From: Opitutia bacterium | GTDB lineage: Bacteria > Verrucomicrobiota > Verrucomicrobiia > Opitutales > T3Sed10-336 | Assembly: GCA_050506795.1 (NCBI GenBank) | Contig: JBJHCF010000016.1 | Location: 26,736 to 77,203, forward strand | Reading direction: 5' to 3' | Length of the DNA stretch: 50,468 nucleotides | In this document: piece by piece, positions 1-9,017 of the stretch | Numbering within the stretch: position 1 is the stretch's first letter | Layout: each line of letters begins with the position of its first letter | Made by a program: the position numbers and the translations under genes | Notes under the pieces: generated by a model | What the model was told of the DNA's origin: nothing | The model's input: the letters and a program-made list of their open reading frames with translations, nothing else | The model's database searches: none

Positions 1-19
1 CCTCGTCCCACACGCCCCG

Positions 20-1312
20 TCACCGGCCGCCGGTGATTTGCAGCAGGGTTCGCAGCACCACATTGGCGCCCGCTTCGATGTCCTCCCAGGCCGTCCATTC
101 GGCGGGGGAATGACTGCGTCCGTCCTTGCTGGGGACAAAAACCATGCCGATGGGGGCGATGTGGGACATGATCTGGGCGTCGTGCGCCGCCCCGCTGGGC
201 ATGCGCAGACTGGGCAAGTCGAGTTGCTTGGCGACGGCCTCGATGGTTTTCACAATTCCCGAATCACAAGGCGCCGGCTCGACATCGCTCAGCAAGTCGA
301 AATGAAACTGCAATTTTCGCCGGCGGGCGATGGCGCTGAGCGCCTTGCGAAAGGCGTCGGAGAGTTGGTCCATTACCTCGCGGGAGGTGTCGCGGACGTC
401 CATGGAAAATACCACTTCCCCCGGGACCGTGTTGGCCGCACCGGGAAACAAATCGACCTTGCCAATGGTGGCCCGGCTCAATTCGCTGCCGTTTTCCTCC
501 AGGATGCGGGGAATCTCCCCGGCAAACTCGGCCAGGCCCATAAAAGGATCGCGCCGCATGTCCATGGGCGTGGTGCCGGCGTGGTTGGGAACGCCTTCCA
601 GGCGTACCGACCACTTGAAAAGCCCGGTGATATTTTCCACCACGCCGATGGGAATCCGCTCCCGGTCGAGCACCGGTCCCTGCTCGATGTGCAGTTCGAG
701 ATAGGAATGAATGGTGTCGCGATCCCGACGTGCGTTCAGCGCCTCCATGGCGTCAAACCCGCAATCCGCCATGGCGTCCACCAGGCTGACGCCATTGAGA
801 TCGCGCGCCGTGCGAATCCGGTCGGGATTCAGTTCCCCCGCGACCGCCTGCGAGCCGAACAGACCGCCGAACCGGCCTTCCTCGTCGGAAAAGGAAATCA
901 GTTCCACCGGCAGCTTTGTCTCGATCGCTTCCTCCTTGAATCGCCGGACGGCCTCCAGACCGATCAGGACGCCCAACGTGCCGTCGAGGTATCCCGCGTT
1001 CGGCACCGTATCGATATGCGATCCCACCATCACAATCGGTTCGCCCGGCTGTCCGCCGTAACGGGTGCCCAGGTTGGCGGCGCCGTCCGTCAACGGCTCC
1101 AGCCCGGCCTCCTCGATCCGTTCCCGCAACCAGCGACGCCCTTCCATGTCGGCCGGAGTAAACGCCATGCGGTACAAACCACCCTCCGTCTCATCGCGCC
1201 CAATCCCCGCCAACTCCAGAATATCCTTCCGGAGCCGGTCCATATTGACCATCAAATCACTTTTAGCCGCAGCCTGTCGCTCGGCAGTCGTATCCTGTGC
1301 CATAATGCCCAT
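20..1312 (-). CDS. M20 family Zn-dependent amidohydrolase (allantoate amidohydrolase / N-carbamoyl-L-amino acid hydrolase type)
   Basis: Motifs GSHIDT, DGTLG, DEEGRF, ELHIEQGP, NHAGTTPM, SGAAHDA. Start could be ATG 1303. Confidence 0.9.
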   Translation of the reverse strand: MGIMAQDTTAERQAAAKSDLMVNMDRLRKDILELAGIGRDETEGGLYRMAFTPADMEGRRWLRERIEEAGLEPLTDGAANLGTRYGGQPGEPIVMVGSHIDTVPNAGYLDGTLGVLIGLEAVRRFKEEAIETKLPVELISFSDEEGRFGGLFGSQAVAGELNPDRIRTARDLNGVSLVDAMADCGFDAMEALNARRDRDTIHSYLELHIEQGPVLDRERIPIGVVENITGLFKWSVRLEGVPNHAGTTPMDMRRDPFMGLAEFAGEIPRILEENGSELSRATIGKVDLFPGAANTVPGEVVFSMDVRDTSREVMDQLSDAFRKALSAIARRRKLQFHFDLLSDVEPAPCDSGIVKTIEAVAKQLDLPSLRMPSGAAHDAQIMSHIAPIGMVFVPSKDGRSHSPAEWTAWEDIEAGANVVLRTLLQITGGR

Positions 1313-1345
1313 TATGCCTTAATTCGTCCGGCATAACAAGCGTTG

Positions 1346-1361
1346 GGGGCGTCCCCGCCCC
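1346..1361 (+). repeat. REP-like hairpin GGGGCG-TCCC-CGCCCC
   Basis: 6-bp stem with TCCC loop followed by ACAC. The window start (cctcgtcccacac) resembles the 3' half of a related copy. Confidence 0.4.
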
Positions 1362-1507
1362 ACACCCAAGGCCCCGCAACTTTTAGCTTTCTCCTCAGCC
1401 GGATTTTTACTAGCCTGTCTTCTGCTTCGCTTCCTCACTCTATCTCCATAATCCCGAAACCAGTGCTGCGCCTGACACGAATAGAATAAAAGAAAGGGAC
1501 TACCGCT

Positions 1508-2782
1508 ATGGAGAAAAACGGGCACAACGCATATTGGACCCAAACCGCGCAACGGCTCGCCCGGCGTATCAACGTCGGGTATTGGCTGGCCGGGCTGCTG
1601 CCCTTGATCTTCGCGCTTGGCATGGCTCAATGTCTTGCCTTGATCCTGCTGCGCAAGAACGGCCTGGATACCGGCCTCTCCTGGGCGGTTTTCGCCGCAC
1701 TCGCGGCGGTGGCGGCCCTCATCGCCTGGCGCCGTCAACGCGGCCGTTTCTTTTCACGACGTGATGCTCTGGTTTACCTGGAATCCCATCTGGGCCTGAA
1801 CAACGGCCTGACCGCGGCGGAAAGCGGTATCGGACCCTGGCCGCCCCCGCGAACCATGGCCGCCGCCGCCTGGCCAAACTGGTCCTGGAACCGGGTGGCG
1901 CCCTGGCCCGCCTGGACCGCGGTGGCCCTGGCCCTGGCGATCTGGCTTCCCGTCAGCCCCTCGGCCTCCACCACGCCGAGAACTCCATTGGAGCCGACCG
2001 CATGGAGCACCCTGGATTCCTGGATTGAGGCGCTGGAGGAGGCGGATATTCTGGAAGACGCCGCCCTTGATTCCTTTCGCGAACAGGTCGAGGCCCTGCG
2101 GCGACAGGACGAAAGGGATTGGTACCGTCACAGCAGCCTGGAAGCCACCGATGCACTTCAGGAGCGGACCGAACGGGCCATAAGGGAACTGCGGGACAAC
2201 CTGGAAAAGGTCGCCCGCATCATGGAGACCGCGGACGCTTTTCCCGACGGCTTGCCGTCGGGCCTGGCCAATGCCCTGCGCGAGGAACTCAGCAGTGCCC
2301 TGGAAGGTTTTGAGTCCGGCCTGCTGCGCCTCGATCCGGAACTTTTGGCGCAATTGAGCGAACTCGACCTGGACGCCCTGCCGACCCTGTCCGAAGCGGA
2401 CCTGCAGGCGCTGCGCGAATGCCTGGCCGCCGGCCTCGACGCCTGCGGGGTGTGCCTGGGAGATGGCGAGGGCGACGCGCTGCTCGTCGGAACCGGCGGC
2501 ATAAACAAGGGCCCCGGCCCGGCTCCGCTGACCTTTCGGGCGGAGGGCTCGGATGCCACAGTTTCCCGTTTTGAAGCCGCCTCGAATGATGACCTGAGCC
2601 AGGCCGCTCTCGGCGACCACCTCGGGGTGGGGATCTCCGATATGCCCGAAGATGAAACCGCCCCCTACACCGGCCCGGCCGCCGCCGGCGCCATCGCCGG
2701 ACCGGCCTCCGGAGGCGAAGCGGTGGCGCGCCAGAACTTCACCCCGGACGAACAGGCCCTCCTCGAACGCTATTTCCAATAA
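1508..2782 (+). CDS. Hypothetical membrane protein with coiled-coil and Gly/Pro-rich C-terminus; first gene of the MoxR operon
   Basis: 424-aa ORF, about 3 N-terminal TM segments, acidic helical region, CxxC (DACGVC), GGINKGPG motif, ends LLERYFQ. Confidence 0.8.
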   Translation: MEKNGHNAYWTQTAQRLARRINVGYWLAGLLPLIFALGMAQCLALILLRKNGLDTGLSWAVFAALAAVAALIAWRRQRGRFFSRRDALVYLESHLGLNNGLTAAESGIGPWPPPRTMAAAAWPNWSWNRVAPWPAWTAVALALAIWLPVSPSASTTPRTPLEPTAWSTLDSWIEALEEADILEDAALDSFREQVEALRRQDERDWYRHSSLEATDALQERTERAIRELRDNLEKVARIMETADAFPDGLPSGLANALREELSSALEGFESGLLRLDPELLAQLSELDLDALPTLSEADLQALRECLAAGLDACGVCLGDGEGDALLVGTGGINKGPGPAPLTFRAEGSDATVSRFEAASNDDLSQAALGDHLGVGISDMPEDETAPYTGPAAAGAIAGPASGGEAVARQNFTPDEQALLERYFQ

Positions 2783-2804
2783 CGCGGCGCAGGGATATTT
2801 CTCC

Positions 2805-2891
2805 GCCACAAAGAACACAAAACCTCCATTCTCCCTAACTCGAACTCCGCTTTATCCCGCAGTCTCTCTCTGTTCTAGTGTTCCTTGTGGC
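2805..2891. repeat. Inverted repeat (REP-like doublet)
   Basis: GCCACAAAGAACAC (2805-2818) versus GTGTTCCTTGTGGC (2878-2891), 13/14 complementary. Confidence 0.6.
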
Positions 2892-2930
2892 TCAAGCTCG
2901 AACGCAGTCTAAAACACCAACCCACCCATT

Positions 2931-3968
2931 ATGCCGCTTTCCTCCGCCGCGAAACCACCCGCTCCCGAAGAAGTCGCCGAAGCCGCCGAGAAGCTCGGCC
3001 GATTGCGCGACACCCTGAACGAGGTGCTCTTCGGGCAGGAAACCCTGATCGAAAACGTGATCATCGGCCTGCTGGCCCGCGGTCACCTGCTGCTGGAGGG
3101 CCTGCCGGGATTGGGAAAAACGGAACTGGTCAAAGGCCTGGCCAAGGCACTCAACCTGGACGCCAAACGCATTCAGTTCACCCCCGACCTGCTGCCGGCC
3201 GACGTCACCGGCAGCCCCATCCTCGAGGAAACGCCGCAGGGACGGCGTTTCGTTTTCCACCCGGGTCCCATTTTCGCCAACCTGGTGCTGGCGGACGAAA
3301 TCAACCGCGCCTCCCCCAAAACCCAGTCCGCCCTGCTCGAAGCCATGCAGGAGAGCCGGGTCACCGTGATGGGCGAAACCCATCCCCTCCCGCAACCGTT
3401 CTTCGTCCTGGCCACCCAAAACCCCATCGAACTGGAAGGCACCTACCCCCTCCCGGAAGCCCAACTCGACCGCTTTCTCTTCAAACTGGATATCTACCGC
3501 AACGAGGTCTCGGTCCTGGAACGCATTGTCCAACACCGCGAAATCGGTGTGGAGCCCACGGTAGAGGCGGTCTGCGACCGGGAACACCTGGTGGGCTTCA
3601 GCGCGCTCGCCCGGCGGATTCACCTGCCGGACGTGGTCGCCAACTTCATCGCCCGCCTGGTGGACGCCACCCATCCGGGACGCTCCCGCGCCGCGGAAAA
3701 CCTGAAGTTCGGCGCCAGTCCCCGCGCCGCCCTGGCCTTGGCCGGGGGCGCCCGGGGACGCGGCCTTCTGCACGGGCGCGCGCACGCCTCGTTCGAGGAC
3801 GTGCAGGCCATCGCCCGGCCGGTGCTCGGCCACCGCATCGTTTTGGACTACCGGGCCAAACTCGACGGAAAAACCGGTCCGGATGTGGTCGGAGAACTGT
3901 TGCGGGAAGTGCCCGCCCAGGACAAATCGCTTCCCTCGACCCTGAAGTCTCCCGAAGTTCATGTTTAA
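2931..3968 (+). CDS. moxR: MoxR family AAA+ ATPase
   Basis: Walker A GLPGLGKT, RIQFTPDLLPAD, Walker B LADEINRA, ATQNPIELEGTYPLPEAQLDRF, GASPR. Confidence 0.95.
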   Translation: MPLSSAAKPPAPEEVAEAAEKLGRLRDTLNEVLFGQETLIENVIIGLLARGHLLLEGLPGLGKTELVKGLAKALNLDAKRIQFTPDLLPADVTGSPILEETPQGRRFVFHPGPIFANLVLADEINRASPKTQSALLEAMQESRVTVMGETHPLPQPFFVLATQNPIELEGTYPLPEAQLDRFLFKLDIYRNEVSVLERIVQHREIGVEPTVEAVCDREHLVGFSALARRIHLPDVVANFIARLVDATHPGRSRAAENLKFGASPRAALALAGGARGRGLLHGRAHASFEDVQAIARPVLGHRIVLDYRAKLDGKTGPDVVGELLREVPAQDKSLPSTLKSPEVHV

Positions 3969-5712
3969 GCTCCTCCACCTCACCCTGCTCTTGTGCCTGA
4001 CCTTGACCGCGACCGACCTGACGGCCGCCGGGTCGCGACATACTGTGCAAACGCTCCGCGACAGCGGGATATCGATAACCGTCCAGCCATATTTCAGCGA
4101 TCTTCCCAATCGAGGGTACGTCCCGGCACGGATCACCATCAACAACTTCTCGGGGCGGGAACGGGAATGGTCGCTGCGCACCCAGGACACGGACTGGGGA
4201 ACCCGTTCGGTTGAGACTTTGTCATCCCATAGTTTCACCGTCCCCGCGGAAGACACGCGTGTATTCGACATTCTGATACCCCTGGGAGCCCACCCCAGAT
4301 CCTCTTCCCGAAGCGGCCTCGTTGTCCTGAGCTTCTCCGGATACGGGGTTCCCGTCGACCACGGACAGGTCAACCTGCACCGCACCTACCACCACAGCCG
4401 AAGCGCAGTCGGCTTCTCCGGTGGCTTCACCGGAATGAGCACCGACCTGCACTCCCCGAATTGGGGGCTTCTAATGAGTTCTCACCATATGACCGGCGCC
4501 GCCATCAATCCCGACCGCTTGCCGGGCGACTGGAGAGGGCTTTCCGGATTCGATGTCATCTGGTTGTCCGACACCGCCTGGCGTCGGATCGTCGGCATCG
4601 AACGACGCGCCGTGCTCGACTGGTTGGCCGGGGGCGGGCACCTGGTGATTTCGCGCGATGAAAGCGACGACACCCCCGCCCGTCTGGCCGGTATCCCGGC
4701 CGAAACCACAGCCGGCGACTCGGTTTCCTACGGTTTCGGTCACATCCACTTCTTTCCTCGCCAGGGCAACAATCTGGACGCCTCCGCAGTAGGGGGCCTC
4801 ATGGGCGCGCTAAGCCCGTCCAGGGAATACATCCTCGCGCAACGTATCGCCGAAGGCAACTGGCAACAATTCGAACGGGTGGGGCTCCCTTCCATCCCGG
4901 TGGTGTTTTTCAGCGTCTTTCTGACCGCTTTCGCAATCCTCGTCGGCCCGATAAACTTTCTGGTGTTCGCGAAACCGGGACAACGCCATCGGCTCCTCTG
5001 GACCACGCCGGTAATTTCGCTCGCCGCCGGATCGCTCCTGCTGGTGCTCATCCTCTTCCAGGACGGCACCGGAGGGACCGGGATTCGGATGGCGATCTGG
5101 CATCACCTGCCCGAGGACAACCGCGCCGTCCTCCTCCAGGAGCAAACCTCGCGCACCGGCCTGCTGGTCTCCTCCCACTTCTCTTTGTCCGAGCCCGCCG
5201 TGTTGACCCAGTTCAACCTGAACACCGGACGAAGCACGTCCGGGAGGCGTTTCCAGGTTTCCGCAAATCAGGGCAACGGGGATTGGTTCCTCAGCCGCAG
5301 CACTCAAGCCCAATTCCTCCAATCCGTTCCCGCCACCCGCTCCCGCATTGAGCTCGCGGGGGGAAACCCTTCCTCGAATCACAACGCCCCCGCACTCGTT
5401 TCGACGCTTTCCTACGATGTCGACACCGTTTTTTACCGCGACCACGACGGCCGGCTCTGGACCGGCGGCCCCCTGGTTCCCGGCACCCCGCTGACCCTGG
5501 AACGATGCGACCGGCTGGATTTTGACCGCTGGTGGGAAACCCAATTCCTGAAAGTCAGTCCGGTCACCCGCGACCGGCTCCGCACCCAGAAGGAACGAAC
5601 GGGTTACTTCTACGCCTCCGCCGCCGCCTTTAACGGCTCGGAAACCCTCCCCTCCATCCGCTGGGAGGAACAGCACAGCCTGCACCTCGGACCGCTCCTC
5701 TCCAACCCATGA
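3961..5712 (+). CDS. Exported/membrane hypothetical protein with glutamine-amidotransferase-like fold
   Basis: N-terminal signal, LPGDWRGLSGFDVIWL...LDWLAGGGHLV segment, two central TMs (ILVGPINF; WTTPVISL). Overlaps the moxR stop. Confidence 0.8.
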   Translation: MFKLLHLTLLLCLTLTATDLTAAGSRHTVQTLRDSGISITVQPYFSDLPNRGYVPARITINNFSGREREWSLRTQDTDWGTRSVETLSSHSFTVPAEDTRVFDILIPLGAHPRSSSRSGLVVLSFSGYGVPVDHGQVNLHRTYHHSRSAVGFSGGFTGMSTDLHSPNWGLLMSSHHMTGAAINPDRLPGDWRGLSGFDVIWLSDTAWRRIVGIERRAVLDWLAGGGHLVISRDESDDTPARLAGIPAETTAGDSVSYGFGHIHFFPRQGNNLDASAVGGLMGALSPSREYILAQRIAEGNWQQFERVGLPSIPVVFFSVFLTAFAILVGPINFLVFAKPGQRHRLLWTTPVISLAAGSLLLVLILFQDGTGGTGIRMAIWHHLPEDNRAVLLQEQTSRTGLLVSSHFSLSEPAVLTQFNLNTGRSTSGRRFQVSANQGNGDWFLSRSTQAQFLQSVPATRSRIELAGGNPSSNHNAPALVSTLSYDVDTVFYRDHDGRLWTGGPLVPGTPLTLERCDRLDFDRWWETQFLKVSPVTRDRLRTQKERTGYFYASAAAFNGSETLPSIRWEEQHSLHLGPLLSNP

Positions 5713-6671
5713 AAACCGCTTCGCCCATCGTTCACGTCAAGAACCTCCGCCGTTCCTTCGGGGCGGTGGAAGCCGTGCGCGACCTTTCCTTTCACCTTCC
5801 TCGCAGCCGCGTCACCGGCTTTATCGGCGCCAACGGCGCCGGGAAAACCACCACCATGCGGATGATGGCCACCCTCGACCTCCCCAACCGGGGGAGCATC
5901 GAAATCGACGGCATCGACATTATGGAGAATCCCGCCCACGCCCGGCGCAGCGTCGGGTGGATGCCGGACGCGTATGGGAATTATCAGGACATGACGGTGT
6001 GGGAGTACCTCGACTTCTTCGCCCGCGCCTTCGGATACACCGGAGCCGAACGCACCCGCCGGGTAAACGAGGTCATGGATTTCGCCGACCTCCACGGTCT
6101 CGCCGAACGTCCGGCCGACAGCCTTTCCAAGGGAATGGGCCAGCGGCTCTGCCTGGGACGCAGCCTGATCCACGATCCCCCGGTGCTCATCCTTGACGAA
6201 CCCACCGCCGGGCTCGATCCCAAGGCCCGGGTCGAATTCAAACACCTGGTCCGACTGCTGGCCCAGGAGGGGAAAACCGTTTTCATCAGTTCGCACATTC
6301 TCTCGGAGCTGGCCGAAATGTGCGACACCCTGCTGTTCATCGACGGCGGCAAGCTGATTCATCAGGGCACCGCCGAAAGCCTGATGCACGGCGACACCGC
6401 CGGCTGCGCCTACGCGGTGGAAGTGGCAGGTCCGGTGGATCAACTCGAAGAATGGGTCGCCCTGCGGCCGGACGCCTCCCTGATCGAAATCCGCAAACGG
6501 GGCGCCCTGGTCCGCATCGATCACACCGAGCCTTCCGAAATCAGCGGCTTGCTCAAACAGATGCTGGCCGACGGCCTTAAGGTGACGGAGTTCCACCGCG
6601 AGCAAAGAAAGCTGGAGGACGCCTTCATCGAGATTCTGGAGAAGCTCAACCCCACACCAAACGCCTCTTGA
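5709..6671 (+). CDS. ABC transporter ATP-binding protein (ABC-2 type)
   Basis: Walker A GANGAGKTT, signature LSKGMGQR, Walker B LILDEP, SSH switch. Confidence 0.95.
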   Translation: MKTASPIVHVKNLRRSFGAVEAVRDLSFHLPRSRVTGFIGANGAGKTTTMRMMATLDLPNRGSIEIDGIDIMENPAHARRSVGWMPDAYGNYQDMTVWEYLDFFARAFGYTGAERTRRVNEVMDFADLHGLAERPADSLSKGMGQRLCLGRSLIHDPPVLILDEPTAGLDPKARVEFKHLVRLLAQEGKTVFISSHILSELAEMCDTLLFIDGGKLIHQGTAESLMHGDTAGCAYAVEVAGPVDQLEEWVALRPDASLIEIRKRGALVRIDHTEPSEISGLLKQMLADGLKVTEFHREQRKLEDAFIEILEKLNPTPNAS

Positions 6672-6672
6672 T

Positions 6673-8136
6673 ATGGATGCCATCGACAAAAACACCACGC
6701 GCGAAGCCAGCGACTGGTTCAGTCCGATCCTGGTCAAGGAACTGCGCCAGGGCACCCGCTCCCGCGCCTTCGTGTGGTCCTTCCTGGCCCTGCACACCGT
6801 GCTCCTTCTGCTGGTCGTCACCACCCTCATTTCCGCCGCCTCCCCCCACACCGACTACGATCACGCTTTTGTCACCGGCTTCTTCTGGAGTCTGATTGGG
6901 ATCCCCCTGCTGCTGGTGCTTCCGTCTGTGGCTTTCGGCAGCATCAAGAAGGAAATCGAAGCGCGGACCCTGGAACTGATTTTCCTCACCCGCATGACCA
7001 CCCTGCGCATCGTTTTCGGCAAATGGGCCGCCCTGACGGTGCAGGGGATGCTGATCGTCACCGCGATCCTGCCGTACATGATCCTGCGGTATTTCCTTGG
7101 CGGCATCGACCTGGTCGACGAACTCACGATTCTGTTCTGCCTGGTGCTTGGATCGCTTACCCTGACCGCCGCCGGAATCGGATTTTCCAGCGTAACCTCA
7201 AGGTTCTTCCGGGTCGGACTGATCATCTTCGTCCTGCTCTTCCTCACCCAGGGGCTCTACGGAATCGCATTCTTCATTTTCGGGCCGGGCGGCGGGTTTT
7301 TAACCGCCACGACCGGACCCGGATTCTGGCTATGGCTTCCTCTCGTCGCGGGCGTGTTGATTTTCCTCATGCTCGAATTCGGCGCCAGCCGCATCGCTCC
7401 GCCGGCTGAAAATCACGCGTTGCGCAAACGGACGGCCGGGCTGGTTCTGCTGGCCGGCGCGTTAATCTTTCATTACTGGTACCACCCGGTCTGGGCGGCC
7501 TTAATCCTGGTTGCGATTCCCCTGATCCTGGTCTGCGGCGAGGCGGTGAACGAAAGTCTTCGTCCCTACGCCATCCTTCGCCGCTCGCGCTTGGCGCGGG
7601 GCAAAGGGTTTCCCATCTGGCTGCGCCTCTTTTTCGCCCCCGGCTGGCCCAGCGGCGTCGCCTTCACCCTGCTGACGGCGGGAATCTTCCTTTCCGTGCT
7701 TGCGAACGAAGGCAATGTGACCGAGGAAGCCATCCTCGTGGTGCTCTGTATCTGCGCGTCGCTCTTTTTCCCGGTCGCCATAATCCGTCTAATCTCTCCC
7801 GCCACCGAACGCGGCGGTGTCTTTTTTATCCTGATACAGGCCTTGATGATTTGCGCCGGAATCAGCGCCCTGGTCATCGCCGAAGCCACCTATTTCAACG
7901 TCGCCGCCATTTACCAATTCCTTCCCATCCCCGTCATCATGCTCATGATCGGCGATCACCTCTCAGGCTCCATGACACAAGTGACTTATGTGATGGCTTT
8001 CGTGAACGTGCTCTCGCTCCTTATCCTGCTCGCCCTGGGTCGGTCTCAGATCAAGCGGATCACCGCCGATGATCGCGTTGGCGTCGAGGAACCCGATGGC
8101 GTCCCCGAAGAATCCCTCGGTACGGCCGCCTCATGA
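6673..8136 (+). CDS. ABC-2 type permease-like polytopic membrane protein
   Basis: SPILVKELRQG, E..RTLELIFLT...IVFGKW motifs, about 12 hydrophobic segments. Confidence 0.85.
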   Translation: MDAIDKNTTREASDWFSPILVKELRQGTRSRAFVWSFLALHTVLLLLVVTTLISAASPHTDYDHAFVTGFFWSLIGIPLLLVLPSVAFGSIKKEIEARTLELIFLTRMTTLRIVFGKWAALTVQGMLIVTAILPYMILRYFLGGIDLVDELTILFCLVLGSLTLTAAGIGFSSVTSRFFRVGLIIFVLLFLTQGLYGIAFFIFGPGGGFLTATTGPGFWLWLPLVAGVLIFLMLEFGASRIAPPAENHALRKRTAGLVLLAGALIFHYWYHPVWAALILVAIPLILVCGEAVNESLRPYAILRRSRLARGKGFPIWLRLFFAPGWPSGVAFTLLTAGIFLSVLANEGNVTEEAILVVLCICASLFFPVAIIRLISPATERGGVFFILIQALMICAGISALVIAEATYFNVAAIYQFLPIPVIMLMIGDHLSGSMTQVTYVMAFVNVLSLLILLALGRSQIKRITADDRVGVEEPDGVPEESLGTAAS

Positions 8137-9017
8137 AGGCGGTTGGCACAGACGATTGGACGGAATCCGCGCGCGTCAGCGCCGGCGAGGCCGCCCGGCA
8201 TTTCCGGCTGCCTTTTCGCAACCGGATCTGGCGGGGCGCCGCCGGCAACTGGGCCGGGGCCGGAGTGGGAAGTTCGATCGATTTCCAGGATCACCGCCCC
8301 TACGTCGCCGGCGACGACCCCCGTTACATCAACTGGCAGGCGTTCGCCCGCACCGGCGCCTACACCATGAAGCTTTACCGCGAGGAGGTCAGCCCCCAGG
8401 TCGATCTGGTCCTGGACACCTCGCCGTCCATGTTTCACCGCCCCGCCAAACGCGCGCGAAGCTGGGAACTGTTTCACTTCTGTCTGGAAAGCGCCCTGCG
8501 GTCACAAGCGGCCCTTCGGGCCTGGTTTGTGACCGGCGACCAATGCCGGGAAGCAAGGCTCGAGGCGATCGAACAGGGAATCCCCGAACTCCCCGAGTTT
8601 TCCGCCCATGACGCGCCCGACCTTTCCCTGCACGGCGTTCCCTGGCGGCGCAACGCGCTGAGAGTTTTCGTTTCCGACCTCCTCGACCCGCGCGGCGGGG
8701 AAAGGGTTTTTCCCTCTCTGAGCTCGGAAAACAGCACCAGCCTGCTGCTCGCCCCCTATTGCCGCGAGGAGGAGAATCCTGCCTGGAACGGGAACGTCGA
8801 ATTGATCGACTGCGAAACCGGGGAACGCCGTATCCAGTTTTTCAGCGCAAACCTGCTCGAGCGGTACCGCCGCGATTACCAACGGCATTTCGAGCTGGCC
8901 GAGGAAAACGCGCGACGACACCGGGTCCTTTTCGTACGCATCCCGTCCGAAGACAACCTGCTCGAAGCGCTTCGAAAGCAGGCGCTTTCCGTGGGAGCTG
9001 TAGAGCCATGGGACTGA
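8133..9017 (+). CDS. DUF58 family protein (MoxR-associated, vWA-like)
   Basis: GSSIDFQDHRPYVAGDDPRYINWQAFART, DTSPSM, VSDLL. Confidence 0.93.
   Translation: MKAVGTDDWTESARVSAGEAARHFRLPFRNRIWRGAAGNWAGAGVGSSIDFQDHRPYVAGDDPRYINWQAFARTGAYTMKLYREEVSPQVDLVLDTSPSMFHRPAKRARSWELFHFCLESALRSQAALRAWFVTGDQCREARLEAIEQGIPELPEFSAHDAPDLSLHGVPWRRNALRVFVSDLLDPRGGERVFPSLSSENSTSLLLAPYCREEENPAWNGNVELIDCETGERRIQFFSANLLERYRRDYQRHFELAEENARRHRVLFVRIPSEDNLLEALRKQALSVGAVEPWD

Noticed and set aside
8759..9007. N-terminal extension of the BatA/vWA ORF
   Set aside because: Overlaps DUF58; the BatA motif begins at ATG 9008.
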